Assembly (NCBI GenBank): GCA_020636675.1 | Contig: JACJXK010000010.1 | Location: forward strand, 8,583-72,582 | From: Prevotellaceae bacterium | GTDB taxonomy: Bacteria; Bacteroidota; Bacteroidia; Bacteroidales; Paludibacteraceae | DNA: 64,000 nt | Direction of reading: 5' to 3' | Shown: positions 29,274 to 39,700 of the stretch, in pieces | How the letters are laid out: each line of letters starts with the position of its first letter | Numbering within the stretch: position 1 is the first letter of the stretch | The notes under the pieces: generated by a model | Databases searched by the model: none | What the model was told of the DNA's origin: nothing | What the model saw: only the letters and a program-made list of their open reading frames with translations | Program-made: the position numbers and the translations under genes

Positions 29274-32200
29274 TTATGAGTTTAACTTTGCTAGTTTCTT
29301 TCGTGTATTCTTGACGCCGGTACCTGCAAATATGCAGTAGAGTACAGGAACCAATATCAACGTAAGGATGGTGGATATGGTCAGACCTCCGATAACGGAG
29401 ATACCCATTGGACTCCACATCTCCGAACCTTCGCCCGTTCCGATGGCCATTGGCACCATACCAAGGATGGTGGTTAGCGTGGTCATAACGACCGGACGCA
29501 GACGTGATTTTCCTCCCATCACCACGGAGCTGATGATGGACATTCCTCTCTCTCTGTTCAATGATATGTAGTCAATCAGCACAATACCATTCTTTACTAC
29601 GATACCGATCAACAAGATGCCTCCTAATAGGGACATTACGTTCAATGTCTGGTTGGTGAGGAACAGTGCGAGAATGATACCGGACAAAGCAAATGGAATG
29701 GAGAACATGATGATGAACGGATATGTCAGTGATTCGAACTGGGCCGCCATTACGATGAACACCAAGATGATGATCAGGATGGCTAATGTTCCTAAGTCGC
29801 GGAAGGAGTCTTGCTGGTCTTCGTAAGATCCGGAAAGCTCTACGTTGATGCCATAAGGAATGTCCATGTTGGCAATCTTCTTTTGTGACTCGGCAACCAC
29901 ATCGCCCAATGCTGCGCCTGAAATTACGGCAGTCACCGTATTGACACGTTCGCGGTCTTTTCGTTGGATGTTAGGAGGTGTGCTTCGTTCCACCACTTTT
30001 CCTAAATCCTTTACTCGTATGCCTTGACCTGCTGCGTTGTATATCAGAATGTTCTCGATGTCTTCGATAGACTGCCTATTCTCTGGGTCATACATGACTT
30101 TTATCTTGTATTCGTCGCCATCTTCGCGGTAATAAGAGGCAGTGGCTCCGCTGATGCGGTTTCTTAGATAATTGGCGGCTCCGGTGGTGTTGAGCCCGTG
30201 AAGTGCCAATTTCTCTCGGTCGAAATCTACCTGATATTCCGGTTGGTAGTCGGATCGGCTAATGCGGACTTCCGAACAGCCATTGACGGTCAACAACTCC
30301 TTCTTCAAATCTTGAGCCACTTTGTCTGTCTCGGTGAAGTCGTAACCATAGATTTCGAAGTCGATGGTTGATTGGCCTCCCATTACGGAGTTACCACCTC
30401 CTAGCATTACCTGGTATTTCTTCAATTCGGGATATTGGTCCAGATCTTTACGCATCATGTCGCATATCTCAGCAAGACTACTTTCTCGGTCTTTTGGATC
30501 GCTCAGCCTGATGTTGTAATTGACGATATGTGAGCCATTGTCGCTCATGGAGGCCCAAATGTTGTCGGAGCTTGCTTGTCCGGCAGTGTAACTGATTACA
30601 TTTATCTCCGGATATTTTCTCACCCATTCGTCGTTTATCTTCTTTGCAAGGGCCTTACTCACCTCTGCTCTCGTTCCGATAGGAAGTTCGTAGGTGACCT
30701 TTATTCTGGAGTTGTCTTGTGTTGGGAAAAACTCGGAACCGATGTATTTTCCTAAGAACATACTGGCGACAAAGAAAACGATACAGCTTAAAAATACGGT
30801 GGCTCTATGCCTTACTGCCCAGTTGAGCATTTTTGAGTAGGTGCTGTCGAATTTGTCCAAGGCCTTCTCTACTGGACCGTAAATCGTAGTGAATATCTTG
30901 CTTTGTTTCCTCTGTAGTCTCAGCAGTTGCGAACATAGCATCGGAGTGAGGGTCAGGGCGCATATTGTGGATATGACCATGATGATACAAACCATCCAAC
31001 CTAACTCCTTGAACAGAACACCCGTCATGCCGGTAACCAGTGTGAGTGGGAAGAATACGGCGATCAATGTGAGCGTTGAGGCTACTACGGATACGGCCAC
31101 CTCGTTGGTTCCGTGTATGGCTGCCTGTTTAGGCTCGCTGCCTCGTTCTATGTGTGTCGTCACATTCTCCAATACCACGATGGCGTCATCCACTACCATA
31201 CCGATGGCGATGGAAAGGGACGACAAGGAGATGATGTTCAGTGAACTTCCTGTCGCTGCCAAATAGATAAAGGATGCGATTAATGACAGCGGGATGGTGA
31301 TGAGCACGATGACAGTGGCTCTCCATCTTCCTAAGAATAGGAATATGACCAGAGACACGAATATCATGGCGTCACGGATCGTGTCTGCCAAACTCTGGAT
31401 GGTGTTTCGGATGTTGTCCGATGTGTCGACGATGATACCTAGCTTGACGTCGCTTGGCAAAGACTTTTGTAACTTAGGCAGTGCCTTCATTACCTTGTCC
31501 GAAATGTCGACGGAGTTGGCTCCTGATTGCTTTTGGATGACAATCATGGCTCCTTGTTCGCCGTTGTTGTAGGTCTCTTGCGCACGTTCTTCCACTGAAT
31601 CGTCAATTTTGGCCACGTCGCTTAGGTAGATGTTTGCTCCGCTTTTGCTACCTACAACTATCTTTGCCATCTCCTTCGCATCTTTAAATTCTCCTTCCAC
31701 ACGGAGAGAGTAGGTCTGCGTACCGATGTCGAAAGTACCTCCGGGAACGTTCCTGTTCTCGGCTCCGATGATGGAGGAGATGCTCTCGACGGTGAGGTTG
31801 TAGGCCTCTAGTTTGACGGGGTTCACATATACGTGGATCTCGCGTTCTGGAGCTCCGGAAATGGAGACGGTACCCACACCCTTGATACGGGCAAGAGGGT
31901 TGACTACATTGTCGTCCAGAATCTTGTATAGTGCGGGCAAGCTCTCTTTTGCTTTGACAGACAGTAGAACCACGGGAATCATGTCCGTACTGAACTTGAA
32001 TAGTATGGGCTTCTCTGCTCCGTCTGGCAAAGTGGTGACCATGTCCAGTTTGTCTCGGACGTCATTGGTCTTGACGTCTATGTCATTGCCGTACTCAAAC
32101 TCCAATGTGATGATGGAGTAGTTTTCGTAAGATTTTGAAGTGATGTGTTTCAAGTCACTTACGGAGTTCAACGTATTCTCGAGCGGACGAGTGATGTTAT

Positions 32201-32381
32201 TCTCTATGTCCGATGCGCTTGCACCTGCGTATGAGGTCATCACCATGATGGTGTTTGACTCAATGTCCGGATACAAGTCGATAGGTAATTTTGATAATGA
32301 AAACAGACCCATAATCACCACTGCAAGAAAGCAGAGGGATGTCATGACTGGCCGTTTTACTGCACCTTCATATAAACTCAT
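29274..32381 (-). CDS. RND (HAE1/AcrB-family) efflux transporter permease
   Basis: 1,035 aa with 12-TM/large-loop architecture and typical AcrB-type segments (LSSLSIAIGMVVDDAIVVLEN, MSLLGGILLIGIVVKNGIVLID). Confidence 0.95.
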   Translation of the reverse strand: MSLYEGAVKRPVMTSLCFLAVVIMGLFSLSKLPIDLYPDIESNTIMVMTSYAGASASDIENNITRPLENTLNSVSDLKHITSKSYENYSIITLEFEYGNDIDVKTNDVRDKLDMVTTLPDGAEKPILFKFSTDMIPVVLLSVKAKESLPALYKILDDNVVNPLARIKGVGTVSISGAPEREIHVYVNPVKLEAYNLTVESISSIIGAENRNVPGGTFDIGTQTYSLRVEGEFKDAKEMAKIVVGSKSGANIYLSDVAKIDDSVEERAQETYNNGEQGAMIVIQKQSGANSVDISDKVMKALPKLQKSLPSDVKLGIIVDTSDNIRNTIQSLADTIRDAMIFVSLVIFLFLGRWRATVIVLITIPLSLIASFIYLAATGSSLNIISLSSLSIAIGMVVDDAIVVLENVTTHIERGSEPKQAAIHGTNEVAVSVVASTLTLIAVFFPLTLVTGMTGVLFKELGWMVCIIMVISTICALTLTPMLCSQLLRLQRKQSKIFTTIYGPVEKALDKFDSTYSKMLNWAVRHRATVFLSCIVFFVASMFLGKYIGSEFFPTQDNSRIKVTYELPIGTRAEVSKALAKKINDEWVRKYPEINVISYTAGQASSDNIWASMSDNGSHIVNYNIRLSDPKDRESSLAEICDMMRKDLDQYPELKKYQVMLGGGNSVMGGQSTIDFEIYGYDFTETDKVAQDLKKELLTVNGCSEVRISRSDYQPEYQVDFDREKLALHGLNTTGAANYLRNRISGATASYYREDGDEYKIKVMYDPENRQSIEDIENILIYNAAGQGIRVKDLGKVVERSTPPNIQRKDRERVNTVTAVISGAALGDVVAESQKKIANMDIPYGINVELSGSYEDQQDSFRDLGTLAILIIILVFIVMAAQFESLTYPFIIMFSIPFALSGIILALFLTNQTLNVMSLLGGILLIGIVVKNGIVLIDYISLNRERGMSIISSVVMGGKSRLRPVVMTTLTTILGMVPMAIGTGEGSEMWSPMGISVIGGLTISTILTLILVPVLYCIFAGTGVKNTRKKLAKLNS

Positions 32382-32462
32382 ATTATTTGTTTTATAAAGT
32401 TCTTAATTTTTCGAATGAATGATCCTTCTTTGTGGGTCTGCGCGTTTGGATGGAGTTCCCTG

Positions 32463-33500
32463 TTATCGGATAACCTCCACTTTGGCTCCGTCATTAAGTT
32501 TTGCTTGTCCTGACGTTACGATGACAGCTCCGTTCTCGATGCCGGAGACCAATTCGTATTCGGCTCCCATCCTTCTTCCTAGCTCAACTTTGTCGTAAGA
32601 TACGGTTCCGTCATTGTTATATACATATATATAACGGTCGCCTGATCCTGCCCTTTTTACGATGGCGTTGTCCGGAACTACGATATGGTTCTTTGTCCCG
32701 AAGTTCATGGATACTCTGGCAAACATTCCCGGACGTATAGCTCCGTTGTTATTGGGAATGCTTATCTCAACAGGAAATGTTCTTGTCTTTTCGTCGATAG
32801 TAGGATATATCAGACTGACTTTTCCTGGAAACTTCTTGTCTCCGAAGACGTCTGTCGTCACGTCTACCTTCATGCCGTTCTTGATGTTGGTGAAGTAGCT
32901 CTCCGAGACGTTGATGAGAATCTTCACCGGACGAATCTGCATGATGGTTAAGATTGGCGTGGCTGTGTTGGAATAAAGGTCTCCGCTGTCGAAGTTTCTT
33001 GCAGTGACAACTCCGTTGATCGGACTCCTTAGGTTGGCGTTGTCCAACAGATTCTGATAAGAAGCCTTAGCTACGTCTAGTTGTGTCTTTAGTTGGTCTA
33101 CCGCCTGTTGTGATGCACCTCCTGCTTTCCGGAGTTCCTCCGTACGGTTGTATTGCAGCTCGATGTTGGCGAGTTGGGCCTTTTGGTTGATCAGCGAGGT
33201 GGGATCCATCTTTACCAGGAGTTGTCCCTTCTGTACCGTCTGTCCTACCTCGGTCATGATGTCCATGATTCGGCCGGGAGAGGTGGGCGCAATGTTGTTT
33301 TTGATTTCGGGTTCTACTGTTGCTGTAAACTCGTAGGTCTGTTCTACGGGTTGTAGTTTCACGGTGTCGACCTTTACCTTGAATACATTTACCACTGTGC
33401 TGTCTTTAGCTCCTTGCTCGTTAGACTCTGAGCTGCTGTTGCAGGCTGACAATGTGGCGATAGCTATCGCCAAACAGCCGAATTGTTTTACTTTTTTCAT
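32463..33500 (-). CDS. RND efflux periplasmic adaptor (membrane fusion protein), lipoprotein
   Basis: Lipobox ..IATLSAC, plus coiled-coil and beta-barrel pattern typical of HlyD/AcrA-family adaptors. It sits in an operon with the permease. Confidence 0.92.
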   Translation of the reverse strand: MKKVKQFGCLAIAIATLSACNSSSESNEQGAKDSTVVNVFKVKVDTVKLQPVEQTYEFTATVEPEIKNNIAPTSPGRIMDIMTEVGQTVQKGQLLVKMDPTSLINQKAQLANIELQYNRTEELRKAGGASQQAVDQLKTQLDVAKASYQNLLDNANLRSPINGVVTARNFDSGDLYSNTATPILTIMQIRPVKILINVSESYFTNIKNGMKVDVTTDVFGDKKFPGKVSLIYPTIDEKTRTFPVEISIPNNNGAIRPGMFARVSMNFGTKNHIVVPDNAIVKRAGSGDRYIYVYNNDGTVSYDKVELGRRMGAEYELVSGIENGAVIVTSGQAKLNDGAKVEVIR

Positions 33501-33526
33501 CGTATAATGTTTTTTTATTGTCGGAA

Positions 33527-34894
33527 TTATTTGTTTAAATATTGATTATAAGCATTGCCCAGAACCTCGTTCAGAGAATTTTTGGCGATGATGTAGTTGT
33601 ATATGGCCTGATAGTAGGAGAGACTTGCCTGTGTCAGCGAATTCTCCGAAGTAATCAGTTCCAAGGATGAGCCGGATCCAACTTCGTACCTTTTCTGTGA
33701 TATGTTCAGACCCTTCTCTGCAAATGCCATGGCCTCTTTCGTCGATTCTATTTGATCTACCGCAACCTTTATATTGTCTATGCTGGACTGTAGCTGCATG
33801 CCAAGTTTGCGGCGGGTGTCTTCTTTTGTGTATTCAATCTCGTCCAAGGCAATTTGTGCTTGCTTCTGCTTGTAGTAGCGGGCACCGCCTTGAAATATAG
33901 GCCAGGAGAGTGTGATGCCTAGCGTTGAATAAGGATTGATCTGATAATCGGCGAACTTGAAGTTGTCGTTGAGGGATGTCCATTGATAGACGGCAGACAA
34001 CGATAGGGTTGGGTACCAACTCGCTTTCTGGAGCTTCAGCTGCCTTTCTAGTAAAGTGGTCGATATGTCGAGCAGTCTGATGTTTGGATTGTCCGTCAGT
34101 GTCGTGTCTACGGCGTTGATGTCTACCGTCTCGAACGCATCTTTCGCATAGTCTCCCAACGTTCCTTCTACCTTTATCGGGTAGTTGGCGGGTAGGCTCA
34201 TCAATACCTTTAGTTGTAGAAGAGCCAAGTCGATGCCGTTTTTTGTGGAGATGAGCGTAGGTTGTATGTTCCTTACCTGTACTTCGGCTTGTATGACGTC
34301 ATATTCGGAAGTCAGGCCTTGCTCGTACCTCTTTTTCGTGATCCTCAAGTTCTCATTGGCGGTGTTGTAGCTGTCTTCTAAAACCTTATACGAATCTTGA
34401 GCGTTCATGATGGCGTAGTAGGCGGCAATGACAGTAGACACGTGCGAAATCTGAGAGCTGCGGGCAGTTTCTACCTTCTGCATGACAGACTCGGTGCTCA
34501 GTTTTATCGATTGCCACAATGGCACGTTTATCAAAGGGAGTGATGCGCTGAATCCTGCGGCCCAGCTGTTGTCTGTGCCTATCTCCATGGTGTTGCCGGC
34601 AAAACTCATGGTCTGTTTCTTTAGTGTTCTGGTGTAACTGGCAGATGCGGCCACGGAAGGAAATAGTCCGGCTATCGCCTCTTTCTTCGCATAATTGGCT
34701 TTGGTTATGTCCATGCCGGCTACCTTGATGGTCGGATTCTGATCCAAGGCTATTGTTATGGCTTGGTCCAAATTCAGACGCAGCGTGTCTGTTGGAGCTT
34801 GGGAGGACAGTGAGTCCTGTCCGAAGACATTCATTTGCAGTAGCAGACACGTTGCTACAAACGAACTTTTTTTAATGAAATTACTTGTCTTCAT
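33527..34894 (-). CDS. TolC-family outer-membrane efflux protein
   Basis: The signal peptide begins at ATG 34894 (MKTSNFIKKSSFVATCLLLQMNVFGQ). The protein has two OEP-type repeats. The upstream-extended ORF start at 35014 overlaps the TetR gene and is rejected. Confidence 0.9.
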   Translation of the reverse strand: MKTSNFIKKSSFVATCLLLQMNVFGQDSLSSQAPTDTLRLNLDQAITIALDQNPTIKVAGMDITKANYAKKEAIAGLFPSVAASASYTRTLKKQTMSFAGNTMEIGTDNSWAAGFSASLPLINVPLWQSIKLSTESVMQKVETARSSQISHVSTVIAAYYAIMNAQDSYKVLEDSYNTANENLRITKKRYEQGLTSEYDVIQAEVQVRNIQPTLISTKNGIDLALLQLKVLMSLPANYPIKVEGTLGDYAKDAFETVDINAVDTTLTDNPNIRLLDISTTLLERQLKLQKASWYPTLSLSAVYQWTSLNDNFKFADYQINPYSTLGITLSWPIFQGGARYYKQKQAQIALDEIEYTKEDTRRKLGMQLQSSIDNIKVAVDQIESTKEAMAFAEKGLNISQKRYEVGSGSSLELITSENSLTQASLSYYQAIYNYIIAKNSLNEVLGNAYNQYLNK

Positions 34895-34938
34895 AAAAAT
34901 GTTATCTGATTTTTTAATTGTATTCTTTATTTCCAGTA

Positions 34939-35553
34939 TTATTTTTCCGACATTATCTTCTCCATCATCTCGATTCCCTTGCTGGTGGCGATGCCTCTGA
35001 AAAATATCAGGCACAAGGTCTTATATACCTCCATGAAGTGGGTTTTGCTGGTGTTGAATTGCTGTGCCGAGAATATTAGCTCCATCTCTTCCGCAAGGAG
35101 AAGGCTGAGGTTGTTCGGGTCAAAGTCTTTTACGATAAATCCTTCGTCCATGCCTTTCTTGAAAATCTCGGAGCTCTTTTTCAGATGAAGGGCTTTCGCC
35201 TTTTCTCTCTCTTTGTTTATTTCTGGAAAATATTTCTTTATGTCTTCAATGAACTTTTTGTCGACACGCTGCATCCCTTCCAGATTTGCCTTGTATATTT
35301 TTAAGAGAGCTTCGAATGCGTTGCTTGATTCTGCGAATACCTTTCTCGACATGGATTTCTTCATCTCCTCGAAGAATGCCAAGCACTCTTTCACAAGGCT
35401 CTTCTTGTCCCGAAATAATTCGTATAAGGTCCTTTTGGACATTCCCAACTGTTCTGCCAGCTCGTCCATAGTTATGCCCTTTATGCCATTGGAAGCAAAC
35501 TTCCATGCTGCGTATTCTATAACTCGTGCCCTTATTTCTGTTTCTGAACTCAT
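34939..35553 (-). CDS. TetR/AcrR-family transcriptional regulator
   Basis: N-terminal TetR HTH (GIKGITMDELAEQLGMSKRTLYELFRDKKSL). It is the first gene of the efflux operon. Confidence 0.9.
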   Translation of the reverse strand: MSSETEIRARVIEYAAWKFASNGIKGITMDELAEQLGMSKRTLYELFRDKKSLVKECLAFFEEMKKSMSRKVFAESSNAFEALLKIYKANLEGMQRVDKKFIEDIKKYFPEINKEREKAKALHLKKSSEIFKKGMDEGFIVKDFDPNNLSLLLAEEMELIFSAQQFNTSKTHFMEVYKTLCLIFFRGIATSKGIEMMEKIMSEK

Positions 35554-35949
35554 TTCTATATTCCTTGATTTCTTTGTTGGCTTTCCTCTCTTTTCTCTTT
35601 TGGAGATGCTTTCCCATTTTCAAGTGGATGCAAATTTAGGCAAAAAACTTTAGAAACTAAAAAAGTTTTTTGTGTTTTCATGTTATTTAACACAGAACGG
35701 CTGGTTGTTTTCTCTCTTGTTAAGTAAGGTTATATATAATGGTCTAAAATTCATGAAATAAGGTCTGCTTTTTCTTTCGGGACGGTTGGTATAAGCCTAA
35801 TTCATTCCCTGTTTCGAATCGTGTGGGAATTGAAAGCATTTGCCTTTATGTCTGCAACCTGTATTTGTTAAAACGGTTCACATTAGTACAACCTATAGTT
35901 CTTCTCTTGACAATTTGAATTTTTGAATATAGACTTTCTGTTTCGCTAT

Positions 35950-36280
35950 TAGTGATTGTGAAAAAAAAACAACTTGGTGAAGTCGTTGCATTGTCGGCAA
36001 AATGCCACGTAGATTAACGGACGGAAACTATACGATGGACGTTTTTTATCGTCCCTTTTCTTCGGTAGTCCGATAATTGCCTTTGGCCGCGGAGTAGGGG
36101 ATGTGCGTGCCGCAGCGGGAAGAAACCTTTTTGTCCGAGGCAAGAGAGAATAAAAAAGGTTTTAGCGGAGGAACTTGTCGTACCTCTAGGAAAGCGGACA
36201 GCATCGCAGGTGCTACAAATAGATAATGCCTACGGCATTTTGTCAAAGTCGTCATAATTTGATTTTTTTTTTGACAATTA
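35950..36280 (+). repeat. Copy A (short, diverged) of the structured GC-rich repeat family
   Basis: It aligns with copies B and C through the ends (tagtgattgtgaaaaaaaaacaactt... / ...gataatgcctacggcattttgtcaaagtcgtcataattt). It also aligns through the core (gcctttggccgcggag.agggga.gtgcgtgccgcagcg...aaacctttttg.ccgagg...aataaaaaaggttttagcggagg...). It lacks about 115 nt that are present in B and C. Confidence 0.7.
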
Positions 36281-36474
36281 TTTAAATGAATTTTTTGGAA
36301 AATTCCAGCAAAACCGGAAAGTTTTAAAAAAAACGTTGTTTCTGATAAAATACTTTGAGGGATGCGAAAAAATGTATAATTTAATGGTTGTGAATTGAAG
36401 ATGTTTGTGGGCTTGGCTATATCCGGCTATCATTGACATCTCTCAATAAATGTAAAGAAATAGAGTGCTATTTC

Positions 36475-36505
36475 TTTGTTTTATTAAATTATGTTCATAA
36501 TTTTG
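36475..36505 (+). promoter_or_regulatory. Candidate Bacteroidetes sigma-A promoter for the giant gene
   Basis: TTTG (36475-36478) is followed 19 bp later by TAATTTTG (36498-36505), matching the -33 TTTG / -7 TAnnTTTG consensus. This would give a leader of about 285 nt. Confidence 0.3.
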
Positions 36506-36795
36506 CCAAACCCATGCTTTAGTGATAGATATATGGAAGCGTGGCCGGGGAGTATAGGAACTAATTACAAATTATATATAAGGAAGAAGACACTTCCTCT
36601 TTTTTGAAATTTAATTGATTGCATTTCGGGTTGGTCCCTTTATGGATAGGGGGAAGCCTTTTAGTTTATGCCGAATTGATTTTACTTATTTGTCTATTTT
36701 AAAGAGAGGTGTCTTTGGCTGAAATTTTACCCTTTTATAAGGAGGGAGTGTATGTTATGGAAAGAAATTTATTACATAGGGAAATACGGGTTGAT

Positions 36796-39700
36796 ATGAA
36801 AATCACAACAACATTATGGAAGAGGGGCGTGTTGTCGTTCCTTGCATTGCTGGCTGGTGTGGCGATGCTGGAGGCGCAGACTATCAGTGCGGATGAAACG
36901 TCTGCGTGTGAAAACGACCCGGTGGTATTGAAGGCCGAAGGTTTCGCCTCTTCGGTGAAAGCTATTGATTGGCTTAGAAGTACGGACGGAACGAACTGGA
37001 CTACAGTGAGGTCTACCTCCGGAAATGTGGGGACTTTCGTGGATGATATGCCTGGAATGGCTGTCCGTTATAAGGCGAAAGACCAAAACTCGGCAACAAT
37101 AACCAATACGGTCACTGTGACGTTGAGTACTAATTGTGCCGCAATTTGCCATACCACATCCACCGGTGATTATTTTTCCGGTACAGACTTCGATCCTGAA
37201 TCCGGAGTGACAACACCAACTCCTGCAATTCCAAGTGAGGTGGTCAATTATTTTGAAGAGAATGACATTACTCTTATTTCTCAGAATTCAACTTATGAAG
37301 TTACTACAGATTTGAGTTCCCAGTTTGGTTCGTATGTTCCTTCTCTGGATGAAGGTGGTAATAGTAACTATTATTATATGTATACGAATCCTCCGAGTAG
37401 CTCCCAACCTTTTGAATACCGGTTTAAATGTTCCACGTATGTGGGTAAGCATTACCGGTATACCATGCGTTTTTATTTGTTGAAGAAGAGCGATAATTGC
37501 GGAGGTTCTGCAAAAATAAAATTGGAGACCGGACATGGTAACCAGACTACGGATAGGGCTACTCTCGATATCTATGACGATGCCGCAGATGTGAAGATGA
37601 AATCGTTGGATATTACTGAGACTTTTGGATCTACAGATCTCAATATAGGAGGTTCTGATTATGCCAATAAGCTGTTGCGTGTGGAAATCACCTATTATGG
37701 TTATTTTCCGGATGACAAATACGATCCGAATAGTGGCACATATAATGGATTGCAGTATTTTACACTGAAACCTCTATTCCAACAGTTTGATGGCTGCTTT
37801 GCTTTGGCCATCGACTATATCTCTGCGGAGATTGAGTCTGTTTGTATGAACCGAGGTGCTGTCTGTGTGGGTGAGAGTGCGGTTGTCAATGCGGCTGGTT
37901 TCCCTAAAAATGCAAAATATACATGGGAAGTGGAAAATGGAGGTGTATGGGAACCTGTTGTTATCGGCGGAATCACTATGGATAGAACCGATTTGCAAAG
38001 TGTCAATATTCCAGTCACAACGGTGGGAAAAAAGATATATAGGGTTAGGGATGCAAATAGTACTGTATCTATTGAATTTACAGTGACAGGTAAGGATTGT
38101 GATCCGGTTCAGCCTACCGATATTCTTGGCCCGGAATCTTCTTGTGCACCTGTTAATAATTTGAAGTTCTCGGTGTCGCCGGTAGATGCCAACAGCTTGG
38201 TCCGTTACTCTTGGGAGATGATAACACCTAGCGGAAACGTTTTGACAAATAATGTCTCGTTTACAGGTGGTTCCCTTAATCCTGCAGGTAGAGGAGATAC
38301 GATTTATGTCACTTTGAATGGACAGGCAGAGGAGGGTGAGTATACGCTGAAGGTGCAGCCTATCATCAAGAGAAATGGAGTGGATGAATTGGTGGGGGCT
38401 CCGATAACGCGGACATTTAGGCTACATCAGACTCCTAGCGTCTCTCTGAAACTTTCCGGTTACGCCGACGGAGTGAGTGAGGGCGACAAGAAACTTTGTC
38501 CTTCCGATAAGAATCAACGCATAGTGGCTGTCGCTGATGTGATGCCACCGTCCTATTCTGACTATATTTATACTTGGGAACATGCTACTGCCATAGCAAA
38601 TACGGACAGTGCGGTAGTTAATCTACCGACAGCATCCTCTTGTGATGGCTCGATGAAGTCGTTGGCTATTGGAGTTACGGTCAGTATCAAGGACATTGGC
38701 TGTCCTGCGACGAAATCCAATACCTATACTTTGGAAGACGTTGTAGCTCCAACTGTCGACTGTGGGTCGTTGACCTCTGCCCAATTGAATTATGTGTTGG
38801 GTGCAACTCAGAAGGAAGTGACAGTCGACCTCCCTATTCCGAATTTCGGCGCCGGTTGTGATTCTAATCCTTCCTTAGATATTGATGTGTTGTTTTCCGG
38901 TAAGGATGGAACTTCTTTCGTGAAGAATTTCCATATAGAAAAGAAGAATTTGGCAACTGCCGACAAGAAGGTGACTCTTCCTGCCGGTACGGCAGCCGTG
39001 ACTTATACGGTGACGGATGGTTGTGGGAAGACTGCTTCCTGTACGGCAACGATTACGGTGGTAGACAATACCGCTCCAAAAATTGATTGTGACAAAATAA
39101 AATCATATACAGCCCATTTGTCTAAACAGGAAGCCTGTGTGGCTGTGCCCGGTTATGCTCCTACGGAGTTGCCTATGTTGACGGCTCCTGTCTTGACGGA
39201 CATGAACGGAGTGGATGGCAACATTACAGGAATATATATGGGACGCAGGGAAAACTGTGTGTCTGAACCTGCCGCATCGCCATCTTTGTTCACGGAGTCA
39301 ATCGGACTGAATGCCAGCTATAAGTTGGGAACATCTTATATCCTTTGGGCTTTCACGGATAAGTCTGGTAATACCTCTTACTGCTTGTCGTCTGTTTCTG
39401 TGATTGATGACAAAGAGCCTACGCTAAATTGTCCGGCTGATGCCGATTTAGGAGATATTGCCGCTAATGTGGGCACCTGTTCCTTGTCTTTGGACTCTTT
39501 GTTGGTCAAGATGCCGCAAGGCCAAAAGCCTTCGGCTACCGATAACTGTTCGTCTAGCAGCAGCATCACCGCAAAGATGTATTACCGTAAGGTGGGCGAC
39601 GCTACTTGGATTGAGATTGTCGACCCTACGGCACTCCTCTTTGATAAAGGCGTGCAATATGAGTTGGATTGGCGTTTCTACAAGAAAACAACTAGTGCGT

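Noticed and set aside
36709-36795. Upstream extensions of ORF-track starts (also 23519, 35014, 29418, 14156, 16937, 26570, 7215)
   Set aside because: Internal ATGs give canonical N-termini, namely signal peptides or conserved family starts such as the Sec[13 protein letters not shown]. They also remove overlaps with neighbouring genes. Several track starts are non-ATG codons.
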